This document shows, one piece after another, positions 13,822 through 25,263 of a stretch of 64,000 nt of DNA. The notes below the pieces were generated by a model, which ran no database searches, was not told the origin of the DNA, and saw only the letters and a program-made list of their open reading frames with translations. The stretch is from contig NC_043002.1 of NCBI RefSeq assembly GCF_006345805.1, forward strand, positions 21,142,001-21,206,000, written 5' to 3'. This stretch comes from Octopus sinensis. Lineage: Eukaryota. Position 1 is the first letter of the stretch. Every line of letters begins with the position of its first letter. The translations under genes and the position numbers were made by a program.

Positions 13822-14728
13822 TGTATATATATATATATATATCATTTCACACCCATCATGTTGATATGTGTGTGTGTGATCCTTTACTTGAAAAATTTTT
13901 AAGGGTTAGTGAGAGGAAAGGCTCCTCACTGTGAAATAAAATCCTTGATATTATGTATTCATCCAAGTTATGATTAACATGGAACAAAACAAAATACAGA
14001 TATAAAAACAAATGAATCAGGTTGCTTTTGTTTGTCATTTAAAATAGCAAAGAGGAATAACAAAAAAAAAAACTCTCTTAGCTACCCTCTTTTTTTTTTG
14101 TGAAGGGACGGGCAATTTTTTGTAATTGATATGAAATGAACTATTAGGACCAACACACACAGACATATAAACAGAAAGAGAGAAACAGAGACTTAGAGAG
14201 AGAGGGGGGAGCGGACGGAGAGGGGGGAGAGAAAGTGGGAGAGAGAAGCAAATAGTGAAAATGTCAGTGATCATGTGATCTAATCAAATTTGATACCGTT
14301 GTTATTGTTGTTAAATGATATTCTATATCCCAGAAGTCGTTGAGTCCATTGACAATTTTAATGTAATTAGCATCTGAATTTGTCATCCCTCCAGCTTATA
14401 ATAACACACCACCTCCTCTACCTATGTCACTACACACACACATACCATTATTCTGTCCTGCTGGGAGACTGGTTGCCTGATTTGGTATTATTGTTATTGT
14501 TATTAAGGCAGTGTGTTGGCAGAATCATTAGCATGCCAGGCAAAATGCCTAGCAGCATTTCATTTCGTCAAACTTCACCAAGGTCAGATTTGCCTTTCAA
14601 TTTCAAGGTTGATAAAATAAGTACCAGTTGAGCACTAGGGTCAATGAAATTGACTAGTCTTCTCCCCAAAAATTTCAGGCCATGTACCTATAGTAGAAAG
14701 GATTATTTTTATTATTATTATTATTATT

Positions 14729-15149
14729 AAGGCAGCGAGCTGGTTAGAAACGTTAGCACGCCAGGCGAAATGCTTATCGGTATTTCATCTGACGTTATGC
14801 TCTGAGTTCAAATTCCGCCGAGGTAGACTTTGCCTTTCATCCTTTCGGGGGCGATTAAATAAGTACCAGTTATGCACTGGGGTCGATATAATCGCCTTAA
14901 TCCGTTCGTCTGTCCTTGTTTGTCCTCTCTCTGTTTAGCCCCTTGTGGGTAGTAAAGAAATTGGTATTTCGTCTGCCGTTACGTTCTGAGTTCAAGTTCC
15001 GCTGAGGTAGACTTTGCCTTTCATCCTTTTGGAGTCGATAAATTAAGTACCAGTTACGCACTGGGGTCGATGTAATCGACTTAATCCCTTTGTCTGTCCT
15101 TGTTTGTCCCCTCTATGTTTAGCCCCTTGTGGGCAATAAAGAAATAAGA

Positions 15150-15150
<1 letters not shown>
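14729..15150 (+). mobile_element. tRNA-derived SINE family A with a duplicated body and (TTA)n tail (representative copy)
   Basis: Head ggcgagctgg..gttagcacgcc, B-box-like gagttcaaattcc, body repeated twice. Other copies (approximate): 3505-3915(+), 15592-15795(+), 16983-17357(+), 21255-21670(-), 50607-51028(-), 52030-52440(-). Confidence 0.85.
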
Positions 15151-15202
<52 letters not shown>

Positions 15203-15522
15203 TTATGATGGTGCATGGCATAGTGGTTAGGGAGTTGCACTCATGATTGCGAGATCATGGTTTCACTTCTTTGACCTGGTGGTGCATTGTATTCTTGAGC
15301 AAAACACTTCATCTCACACTGCTCTTTGACCACTTTGATATCTGATGCACAGTACACAGTGCTCCTGTTCAGACAATGTCATTTTGATGGCGAGAGTGAG
15401 CTAATGTGCGGCACGAACATTTGATCCCTATAAACGAATCATTTGTGCGGGTCATTCAGCAAAAGCTGAATGCTCACACGTCATCTTCATTGAGAGGTTC
15501 ATCATATTTATTATTATTATTA

Positions 15523-15589
<67 letters not shown>

Positions 15590-15842
15590 TAAGGCAGTGA
15601 GCTGGCAGAATCGTTAGCACACCAGACAAAATGCTTAGTGGTATTTCATCTGTTCTCAGTTCAAATTCCACCAAGGTCAAACTTTGTCTTTTATCCTTTC
15701 AGAGTCAATAAAATAAGTACCAGTTGAGCACTGAAATCAATTTAATTGAATTAGTCCCACTCCTGAAATTGCTGGCCTTGTGCCACAATTTGAAACCATT
15801 CTTCTTCTTCTTCTTCTTCTTCTCCTCCTCCTCCTCCTTCTT

Positions 15843-15905
<63 letters not shown>

Positions 15906-17622
15906 GTTATTATTATTAGGCAATAGATTAGTAGAATTTTAGAGCATTGCATAAAGTACCTTGTGTTATTTGTTCTGACCTTCACATTCTGAGTTCAAAT
16001 CCTGTCAAGGTCAACTTTGCATTTTATCTGTTGAAGTACCAGTGAAATAATAGGGCGAATTTAATTGACTTGCTCCCTCCCCAAATTGTTGCTTTTTACC
16101 CTAGCAATGTGTTTTTACATATCACTTTCATGTCCATGTACATATTGTGGAATTTTCTAATAATGTTACAGGCTTATTACAAAGAGAGGAAAGAAATCTG
16201 TTTTTAAAATTGCTTTCTCTGTATGGGTAGCTGATTTCTCTATAGGAATGTAAGTTCCTAGCTTGCTATGAATAACCATGGGTGACTGTCACCGAAAAGT
16301 AGAAATTAAGCCAAAACATTGGTGTCTTATGGTCTGTTGACGTCATTCAGAGCATACTGACAAAATCCTGTCATTATGTTGTTACACATTTGTGTAAATG
16401 TTATAAAGGAAATGCACATAATTATCATTATTGTTTAAACTTGTTTACATGCAACTTAAGATGGTGAGAAGAAATAGAATCTGGACTACACCTACTCAAA
16501 GAAAAGCTTAAACAAACAATGCCCCACATAAAACAAACAGAAAGAAATTAAAATGGGAAGGAAAAATGTAACTGGGTACAAATGCTTTGAAAGAAGGAGA
16601 TAGCTGTTTTTCTGTAGATTTTAATATTTTTAAGAATGGCAAAGGAACTTTTTTGGCAATGGCAGTAACAGCAACACACACACACACACACACACAATTA
16701 ACTGAGTGACAATTTTAGTGGAAGAAGAACCAAATTTCCTGACATTAAGCATAGGCAGTTTTTAGACATGGCTAGTGTCTAGTCATAGAATAAAACCTGA
16801 AAATTGTTTATAAAAAAAGTGTGCATCACTTTGCTTGAGAAATTTTTCCATGAATGACTAAAGAAAATAACAAGAAACATCTGCCTTGCAAAAAGCAGGG
16901 GTGAATGGTATTTAGTGTGGGTCCCACTATATCAACTAAGTGAAAGCCCTGGCTAATATGTGGAGTAGTATCCTCTCCATTAAGGTGGCGAGCTGGCAGA
17001 ATCATTAGCACACCGGGCTGAGTGCTTAGCGGTACTTCGTCTGCCGTTACATTCTGAGTTCAAATTCCGCCAAGGTCGACTTTGCCTTTCATCCTTTCGG
17101 GGTCGATATAATCGACTTAATCTGTTTGTCTGTCCCTGTTTGTCCTCTCTGTGTTTAGCCCCTTGTGGGTAGTAAAGAAATAGGTATTTCGTCTGTCTTT
17201 ACCTTCTGAGTTCAAATTCCGCCGAGGTCAACTTTGCCTTTCATCCTTTCGGGGACGATAAATTAAGTACCAATTATGCACTGGGGTCGATATAATCAAC
17301 TTAATCCGTTTGTCAGTCCTTATTTGTCCTACCCTTGTGGGTAGTAAAGAAATAAGTATCCTCTCCATCCATTGCTGTAGGAGATACGAGAGTATCTTCC
17401 TGGTCTTCAAAATGAAGAGAGAGGTCAAGATATAATTTGTTTAAGTCTTTTTATACCAACCTGCCAGAGTCTACCCATGTTTTTTTGTGACAATCTTGCT
17501 GTTTTGAAATGATCTAAATTAGAACCTTCCATCAAAATGTCACACACACACACATGTATGTATGTATGTATGTATGTATGTATGTATGTATGTATGTATG
17601 TATGTATGTATGTATGTGTGCA

Positions 17623-18459
17623 TTTATATACAGATATGTATATCTATCTATCGAGATTTCTACCAATAGAGAAAGAGCCAGTTTCCACCCTAGATCCAGG
17701 ACTGCTTCATTGGAATTTCAACATCAACAGGGTATTTTTGTACATATGTATGTATACATGCAGATTTGTATGTTTTTCTTTTATATATGTATTCTCATGC
17801 ATATAGTTGCATATCTAGATATGCTCATATATTCTTAAGTGATAAACTTCTAGGAAGTTTTACAGATTTTTACAGTTCCAGTGATGAATTGGATCTGTAG
17901 TCTTCGAATTAGCTTTCTCCTTTCTGGCTTTGAAAAGCCTAATTTCACAAAATTGGTACTCAGGCAGTGTGTTACACATCCCAGTGCCTCAATAATTACA
18001 GATATAAACATGAATTTGTAATCTGGATAGAGTGATTGGAGATTTCTCAATAGTTCAGCATAGATATTCTCTTTATCACTGATCTTCAAGTTTATGTTAA
18101 CATCTGATGGGCAGCTAATTTTCCAAATCATTATATCAGGTCTGTTGTGTTTTCATTTTATTGAGGTCTTCCACCTGTACATTCCACTGGGACATTCCAT
18201 CTGTACTCCTTTATATTACGAGTGGCTATGGCTTCTACCATACTGTGGGTTCTTATTTCTTTGTCCTTGGAGTTATCCTTCAAATGAATTTCACTATATA
18301 ATGTCCTAGCTACAACATCATTGGTATATAATATTGTGATGACATTTTCGGACAACTGCTTATGGTATGGGTGATATCTTCAGTGTTAACTCCACAAAGT
18401 CTGCACCAGTTGTCACATTTTACTGCTTATCCTGCATCTCTATCCCTTTTGCACATTAG
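17623..18459 (-). mobile_element. 3' fragment of an RLE-encoding non-LTR retrotransposon (R4/Dong-like)
   Basis: Minus strand: CRLCGVNTEDITHTISSCP (CCHC knuckle), HNRPDIMIW, ISCPSD..K..Y (restriction-like endonuclease), LQIQFITGTVKICK C-terminus. Confidence 0.85.
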
Positions 18460-18678
18460 GTATGTATGTATGTGCATATGTATATATATATATATATATA
18501 TCATCATCATCATCATCATTATCATCATTTAACATGTGTTTTCCATGCTGGCAAGGGTTGGATGGTTTGACAGGGGCTGGGTAAGCAGAAGACTGTATCA
18601 GGCTTCACTATCTGGTTATCAGGGTTTTTAACAGCTGGTTACCCTTCCTAACACCAACCACTTTGCAGAATGGACTAT

Positions 18679-18749
<71 letters not shown>

Positions 18750-19031
18750 CACACACACACATACGACAGGCTTCTTTTGGTTTCTTTCTACCAAATCCAC
18801 TCACACAGCTTTGGTTGGCCTGGGATTATAGCAGAAAAACACTTCTTGCTCAAGATGTCATGCAGTGGAACCCAAACCGGAACCAAGCAATTGGAAAGCA
18901 GACTCCTTACCATGCCTGAATGTTTGGATAACTTTTTCTGATTAATAACTGTGTTGATTAATATGGACATTATTTCACCATTATAAATCAGTTAAAGTGA
19001 TGTTCTTTTTTGTTTTCATTTTATCTTTCAG

Positions 19032-19234
19032 CAACCATCGGCTCCAATGATCTATCCTGTGACGACTCGTATAACACCCAGCAATTATCTCAAGAATCCG
19101 ATGTCAGCTGGCCCTCTGATGAATTTGACTGTTCGGACAATTTAAATTCTGACTCTGAGGATGAGGAGTACCGAAACAAACCGCTTCCACCAATTCCAAA
19201 AAAACAACCTTATCGATTCTCAGAGTCTGATGTG
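19032..19234 (+). CDS. ARHGEF10: ARHGEF10-like exon, acidic N-terminal region (TIGSNDLSCDD...SDSEDEEYRNKPLPPIPKKQPYRFSESDV)
   Basis: ctttcAG| acceptor, |GTaaat donor, open frame (ORF 19010-19429), phase 1 to phase 0. Non-repetitive coding-like island. Confidence 0.7.
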
Positions 19235-19360
19235 GTAAATATTTTTTTCATTTTTAATTCTTGTGCTATTGCCACTGCATGTGTGTGTGTGTGTAAATAT
19301 AAATACATATATTTGTATGGACTGTTGGCGATTTTCCCTTTTGCTTCTTTGGACTTTTCA

Positions 19361-19395
19361 CTTTCTGATGAAGAACATGCTCGAAACGTTAAAAA
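19361..19395 (+). ncRNA. Minimal hammerhead motif, same family as 44923
   Basis: CUUU-CUGAUGA-A-GAAC(AU)GCUC-GAAACGUU-AAAA. Core intact, one helix II mismatch. Surrounding ~200 bp is homologous to 44870-45050 and 48015-48210. Confidence 0.5.
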
Positions 19396-19569
19396 CTCCC
19401 TCCTTTCATGGAGTGTCAAACTAATGTAATTCTTGTGCACATCCTCACATTCGTTTTTTTTTTCCTCTTTTTGTTTTTTTCTCTCTTTGTTTTTTTACTC
19501 GTTTTTTAAATTATTTATTTGTTGAATTAATCTTCACAGTCATATTCTTGGGTTGAGATAGATGATTTT

Positions 19570-19975
19570 TCAAGGAACAGGGTGAGCTTTGTTTGAATAG
19601 TTCTTTTCTTTTCTTTTTTTTTTTGTCGTCATATCTTACAATAACAATGCACAGCATCTTGAATGATATGTTCGACCTTTGCAAAGTGTTTGACATTAGG
19701 TTCCATTGCTTCGAAACTGGCAAAAACATTATTTGATTGTGAAAATGAATCAGATAAACCCTTTACCATGAGTTTCTTTTCTGCTTCATCTTCTTTTTTC
19801 TCTCCTTCTCTCACTTCTTCTGCCATTCTGGGTGCTTCCATTTCAATTAACTCTTCGTCTGAAAGTTCTTTTGTTTCACAATCTAGCAACTCCTTTACAT
19901 CTTCTATTTCACATTCTAATTCTAGATTGTTTGCAAGTTTAACTATGTATACGTCCATAGCCTTCCTTGACTTCT
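19570..19975 (-). mobile_element. Tigger/pogo transposase C-terminal fragment
   Basis: IVKLANNLELECEIEDVKELLDCETKELSDEELIEME...FEAMEPNVKHFAKVEHIIQDAVHCY resembles the Tigger1/TIGD C-terminus. Confidence 0.7.
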
Positions 19976-20909
19976 TAGCTGGCATTTCTGTAGATAAAAC
20001 CAGCCCACTTATGCGTACCTTTCTTTCAGTGGACACTAAACTCTGTTTGCAAAGACCTGTTGAGGCAAGTGAAATCGAAATCAAATCAAATTCGCAAATA
20101 TGATGACTGGCACCTGTGCCAGTGGAGCACTAAGAGCACCATCCTAGTGTGATCACTGCCAGAGCAGCTGACTGGCTTCTGTGCTGGTGGCACATAAAAA
20201 GCACCATTCAAACATGATTGTTACCAGTGTCGCCTTACTGACACTTGTGCCACTGGCATGTGAAAAGCATTCAAGCGAGGTCATTGCTAGTGCTGCTGGA
20301 CTGGCTCCTGTGCAGGTGGCACATAAAAAACACCACCTGAGCGTGGCCATTGCCAGTACCGCCTGACTGGCACTCATGCCGGTGGTACGTAAAACCACCC
20401 ACTACACTCTCAGAGTGGTTAGCATTAGGAAGAGCATCCAGCTATAGAAACTTTGCCTGATCAGATTGGAGCCTGGTACAGCCATCTGGTTCACCAGACC
20501 TCAGTCAATCGTCCAATCCATGCTACCATGGAAAGCGAACATTAAATGATGATGATGATGATGGTGATAAAAAACAGTTTCTTTTTATCAGTCATTTTGG
20601 GGTAGTATTTCAGATACAATTGTAACAAATCTACACTTTACTAATGCTTGAAAGCAACTGAGAGACAGTGGAAGGCAGCGGAAGCCTGGGTCTGAGGGAG
20701 GCCTGTTCTGCCAGATACTGCCATAGCTATCGTATGTGTAGCTGCCCAACATCCGAAAATCAAATTTTATTTATTTATTTTTTGTGGTTGTAAGTGCAGA
20801 CGGTCATAAGTCAAGAAGGTGTATATATAGAGAGAGACGGAGACGGAGAGAAAGAGAGGGAGAGTGAGACAGAGAGACAAACAGTAGACAGACAGACAGA
20901 CAGATAGAC

Positions 20910-20941
<32 letters not shown>

Positions 20942-22175
20942 TGAGAGAAAGAACTTTTATTAAAACTGAAGCTGAAATTTTGTCTTGTGATTGAGTTTCA
21001 CACCACAAAAAATTGTATGTGTCATATACTGGTGCTCCAGCATGGCCAGTCATTGGACTGAAACATATAAAAGAAAAAAAGAGAATATTGAGTTCTCTTT
21101 TCTTGTTTGTTTGACATTAAGTAATGCATACATATTTATAAACTACCATTCCGTCAGTTACAATGATGAGGATTCCAGGCAGTCTAATTAATGGAACAGC
21201 CTACTCATGAAATTAATGTGCAAGTGACAGGAGCATTCCACAGACACACATACCTGTTTCTTTATTACCCACAAGGAGCTAAACACAGAGGAGACAAACA
21301 AGGACAGACAAACGGATTAAATCGATTATATCAACTCCAGTGCATAACTGGTACTTAATTTATCGACCTCGAAAGGATGAAAGGCAAAGTCGGCCTCGGC
21401 AGAATTTGAACTCATAACGTAACAGCAGACAAAATACCTATTTCTTGACTACCCACAAGAGGCTAAACACAGAGAGGACAAACAAGGACAGACAAAGGGA
21501 TTAAATCGATTATATCAACTCCAGTGCGTAACTGGTACTTAATTTATCGACCCCGAAAGGATGAAAGGTAAAGTCGACCTCGGCGGAATTTGAACTCAGA
21601 ACGTAACGTCACACGAAATACCGCTAAGAATTTCGCCCGGCGTGCTAACGATGCTGCCAGTTCACCGCTTTCCCATGGACACACATACCCTTAATATAGT
21701 TCTCAGGAAGATCCAGTGTGACAAAGAATGTAAGAAGGCTAACCCTTTGAAATACACCTGAGTGGACTGGAGCACCGTGAAATAAAGTGTTTTGCTCAAG
21801 GACACAACTCGTCGCTGGGAATTGAACCCATGATCTTATGATTATGAACCAAAAACTCTAACCACTAAACCACATATCTTCACACTCACACACACACATC
21901 ATCATCATCATCATCATTGCCATCATCATCATCATCGTTTAATGTCTGTTTTCCACGCTGGCATGGCTTGGACAGTTTGACTGGTGACTGGGAAGCCAGT
22001 AGGCAGCACCAGATTCCAATCTGATCTGGCAATATTTCCACAGCTTGATGCCCTTCCTAATGCCCATCACTCCAAGAGTGTGTTGGGTGCTTTTTGCATG
22101 CTACCGGCATGGGAGCCATCCAAGCAGCACTGGCATCGACCACATTCAGATAGTGCTTTTTACATGCCCTTTTTA

Positions 22176-24302
22176 CAGTAGTGACCAAAATTAGAGAACA
22201 AAAATAAAAAACAAAAATATTTACATTTCTACTTCATTTTTCCAAATGGAATTTTTACCGTATATACTTTAAAGTACGTTCATTATTTACAATAAATTTT
22301 GTAGAAAGTGATTAATAATTAAATAATTTCTAAAAGAAAAAGATATTTATTTGAAAAATACAAGCTTCACAAAATTACAGAATGTATGATGTAAAATTCA
22401 AGAGATCAAAATTTTGCCAGAAATTTTTACAATATTTTCAATGACTTCACACTTCTGTTCACAGGATAAGACCAATTTCTCTCACTGTTCTGACGTAATT
22501 TTATTCCATCCTTCCTGAAGTTTTTCCCACAAAATCATAACATTCATAGGTTAGTGCTCTCTGATCTTATCACCAAGTATCTTTCATAAGTTTTCAGTGG
22601 GATTAAGGTCACGGTTCTGAGCTGCCCAATACATCACAGTAAGGTTTTCGGCTTCAAACACCTCCTTAACTATTTTGGTATTGTGACATGGCACATTATC
22701 CTGTATAAGGTTTGGTTGACAAGTTGGAGATGACCTCATAGCAGGCCAACATGCTCTTTACTCTTTTTACTTGTTTCAGTCATTTGACTGTGGCCATGCT
22801 GGAGCACCGCTTTTAATCGAGCAACTCAACCCAAGAGCTTATTCTTTGTAAGCCTAGTATTTATTCTATTGGTCTCTTTTGCCGAACCGCTAAGCACACC
22901 AGCATTGGGTGTCAAGCAATGTTGGGAGGACAAAAACAGACATACAAGCACACACACATACATATATATACATAAACGATTGGCTTCTTTCAGTTTCCAT
23001 CTACCAAATCCACTCACAAGGCTTTGGTCAGCCTGAGGCTATAGTAGAAGACACTTGTCCAAGGTGCCACACAGTGGGAATGAACCTGGAACCATGTGGT
23101 TGGTAAGCAAGCTACTTACCACACAGCCACTCCTGTAGAACAATGATTTTCTATATGGCTGCATTCACATTACTAGGGATCCAAATCAAAGGTCCAATAC
23201 CTGCTGCAGAAATCCTTCTCCATACCATTAAACTCCCACTTCCAAACTTCATTGATTTTTTCATGCATTTAGGGAGCAATCTTTCACTTTTACAATGTCT
23301 TAAGTATTGCCTACCATGAGAACCAACTAAAGTGAACTTGCTTTCATCACTGAAGAACATATGTGACCAGTTGTCGTCTGTCCAAAGTATGTGCTCATTG
23401 GCAAAGATTAACCTCTCTTTCCAGTTCTTCATACTGATGAGAGGTTTAGTGGTGAGGGGATAGGCATGAAGTCTGACTTCCTTCAAATGACAAGCCACAG
23501 TCTTCCGAGACATTCATTCCATAATCACGATTTACTTAGCAAGATATTCCTGCAGCAGTACTGAAGTGGTCTCTTAATCACACAGTTTTGTCAAACACTT
23601 GTTTTCTGTGGTCTCCTCGTTTTTCTAATGACAAAAACGGACTTGTTTCTTCATAAGGTTTGAGTATTTTTAAAACAACACTCTTTGATCTGTTACTGTC
23701 TCTAGTGATAGCAGAAATTGCCATTCCTTCTTTTTTCAATGTGATCACTCCCTTCCTGAAGCTTTCAACTTTATGTTGGCTTTCCATGGTTGTTAATTCC
23801 CTACTGTTCAATATAAATCTTTGCACTGTTAGGTCAACTTAGTTATACATTGGTTGGAGTGTTATCAGATTTTACTTTTCGAATTTTACACAATATGTTC
23901 TCTAATTTTGTCCATTTTGTGTTTTTCAAATGAACATTTACTTTATGAGATGCGGCACAGAATTTTGTCAGTGAACAGTTTGCGGTTTCAAAGTGATGAA
24001 AATATTTTGACAAATTAAATTTAAATGTTGAAGTAAATCTAACAGTTTTTATCTGTTTTCAAATAGCTTATAAACACCTTCCCCACTGCAATTGTTTTTG
24101 TTTCAGCACAAGATCTCAGATGTACTATGCAAGTACATCTCCATAATTTACTTTATTATATATCATTTAATTATTAATCACATCCTACAAAATTAATTGT
24201 AAATAATTAACATACTTTAAAGAATGTCCAGTAAAAATCCCATTTGGAAAAATAGTAGAAATGTAAATATCTTTAAATTTTATTTTCTTTCTCTAATTTT
24301 GG
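22176..24302 (-). mobile_element. Tc1-like DD34E DNA transposon, degenerate, with nested SINE (22757-23134) and nested repeat (~23945-24150)
   Basis: TA|CAGTAGTGACCAAAATTAGAG left end. About 140-bp inverted repeats (22180-22325 vs 24165-24302). HTH segment, FSDESKF, and QDNVPCH...DLNPTE with 34 residues between D and E. Confidence 0.9.
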
Positions 24303-24512
24303 CAGGTTATTAAAAACTTTTTTCGAAACATCTTAGTTTTCCAGAAAGTGAAGATAAAAGTGAGGGTGTGAGTTTATCCGTATTGAAGAAAGTTTGATTC
24401 CTGGAGATCTCCAGGAATCAAACTTTCTTCAATACGGATAAACTCACACCCTCACTTTTATCTTCACTTTCTGGAAAACTAAGATGTTTTGAAAAAAGTT
24501 TTTAATAACCTG
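24303..24512. repeat. 210-bp spacerless palindrome
   Basis: 105-bp arms centred on GAGA|TCTC (24407/24408), one mismatch (G24325 vs T24490). Confidence 0.95.
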
Positions 24513-24892
24513 ATATATAACTGTGTAATACTAATTGAACTCTTAGAAACCAATATGTTATCTAAATTCTCGTTTTTATAGAATTTTCCATGATGTTTCA
24601 CGAGTGTAACATTACCCCCTTTGATGTTTGGGAATCTCGGATGTTTTTTCGGCTGATGTGTACGAGCCACCTATATTTACTGCAATTTTTGTAGCTTTAT
24701 TAAAGATGTCCTCGTACAAAACAATTGTACCGATATATTGATCCATTCTTGTTGCTTTTTTCCTATTTGTAATCACCCCACTTTGTCATATGGTTAACAC
24801 CATATAGATTTCGGTGCATCCAAGTTAAGTACCATATTCATGTGAATTCATTAGAACTCACTTGAATCTCAATTGCTTAAACCGTATATATA

Positions 24893-24937
<45 letters not shown>

Positions 24938-25263
24938 ATATATATACATATATATATACATATTATATACATATATATATATACATTTATATATGTATAC
25001 ATATGGTGGTGCTCCAGCATGGCCACAGTCATTGGACTGAAACATATAAGAGAATAAGAGAATAAAATATACATATACGTGTGCTGTGTGTGTAGATGTG
25101 GGTGTGGTGAGAAGTTTACTTCTCAGCTGTGGCACCATGGGCAAGTGTCTCCTACTATAACCTTGGGTCAAACAGAGTCTTCTGAGTGGATTTGGTAGAT
25201 GGAATCTGAAAGAAGCTCACTGTATATATACCATCATCATCATCATATATATATATTTTATTG

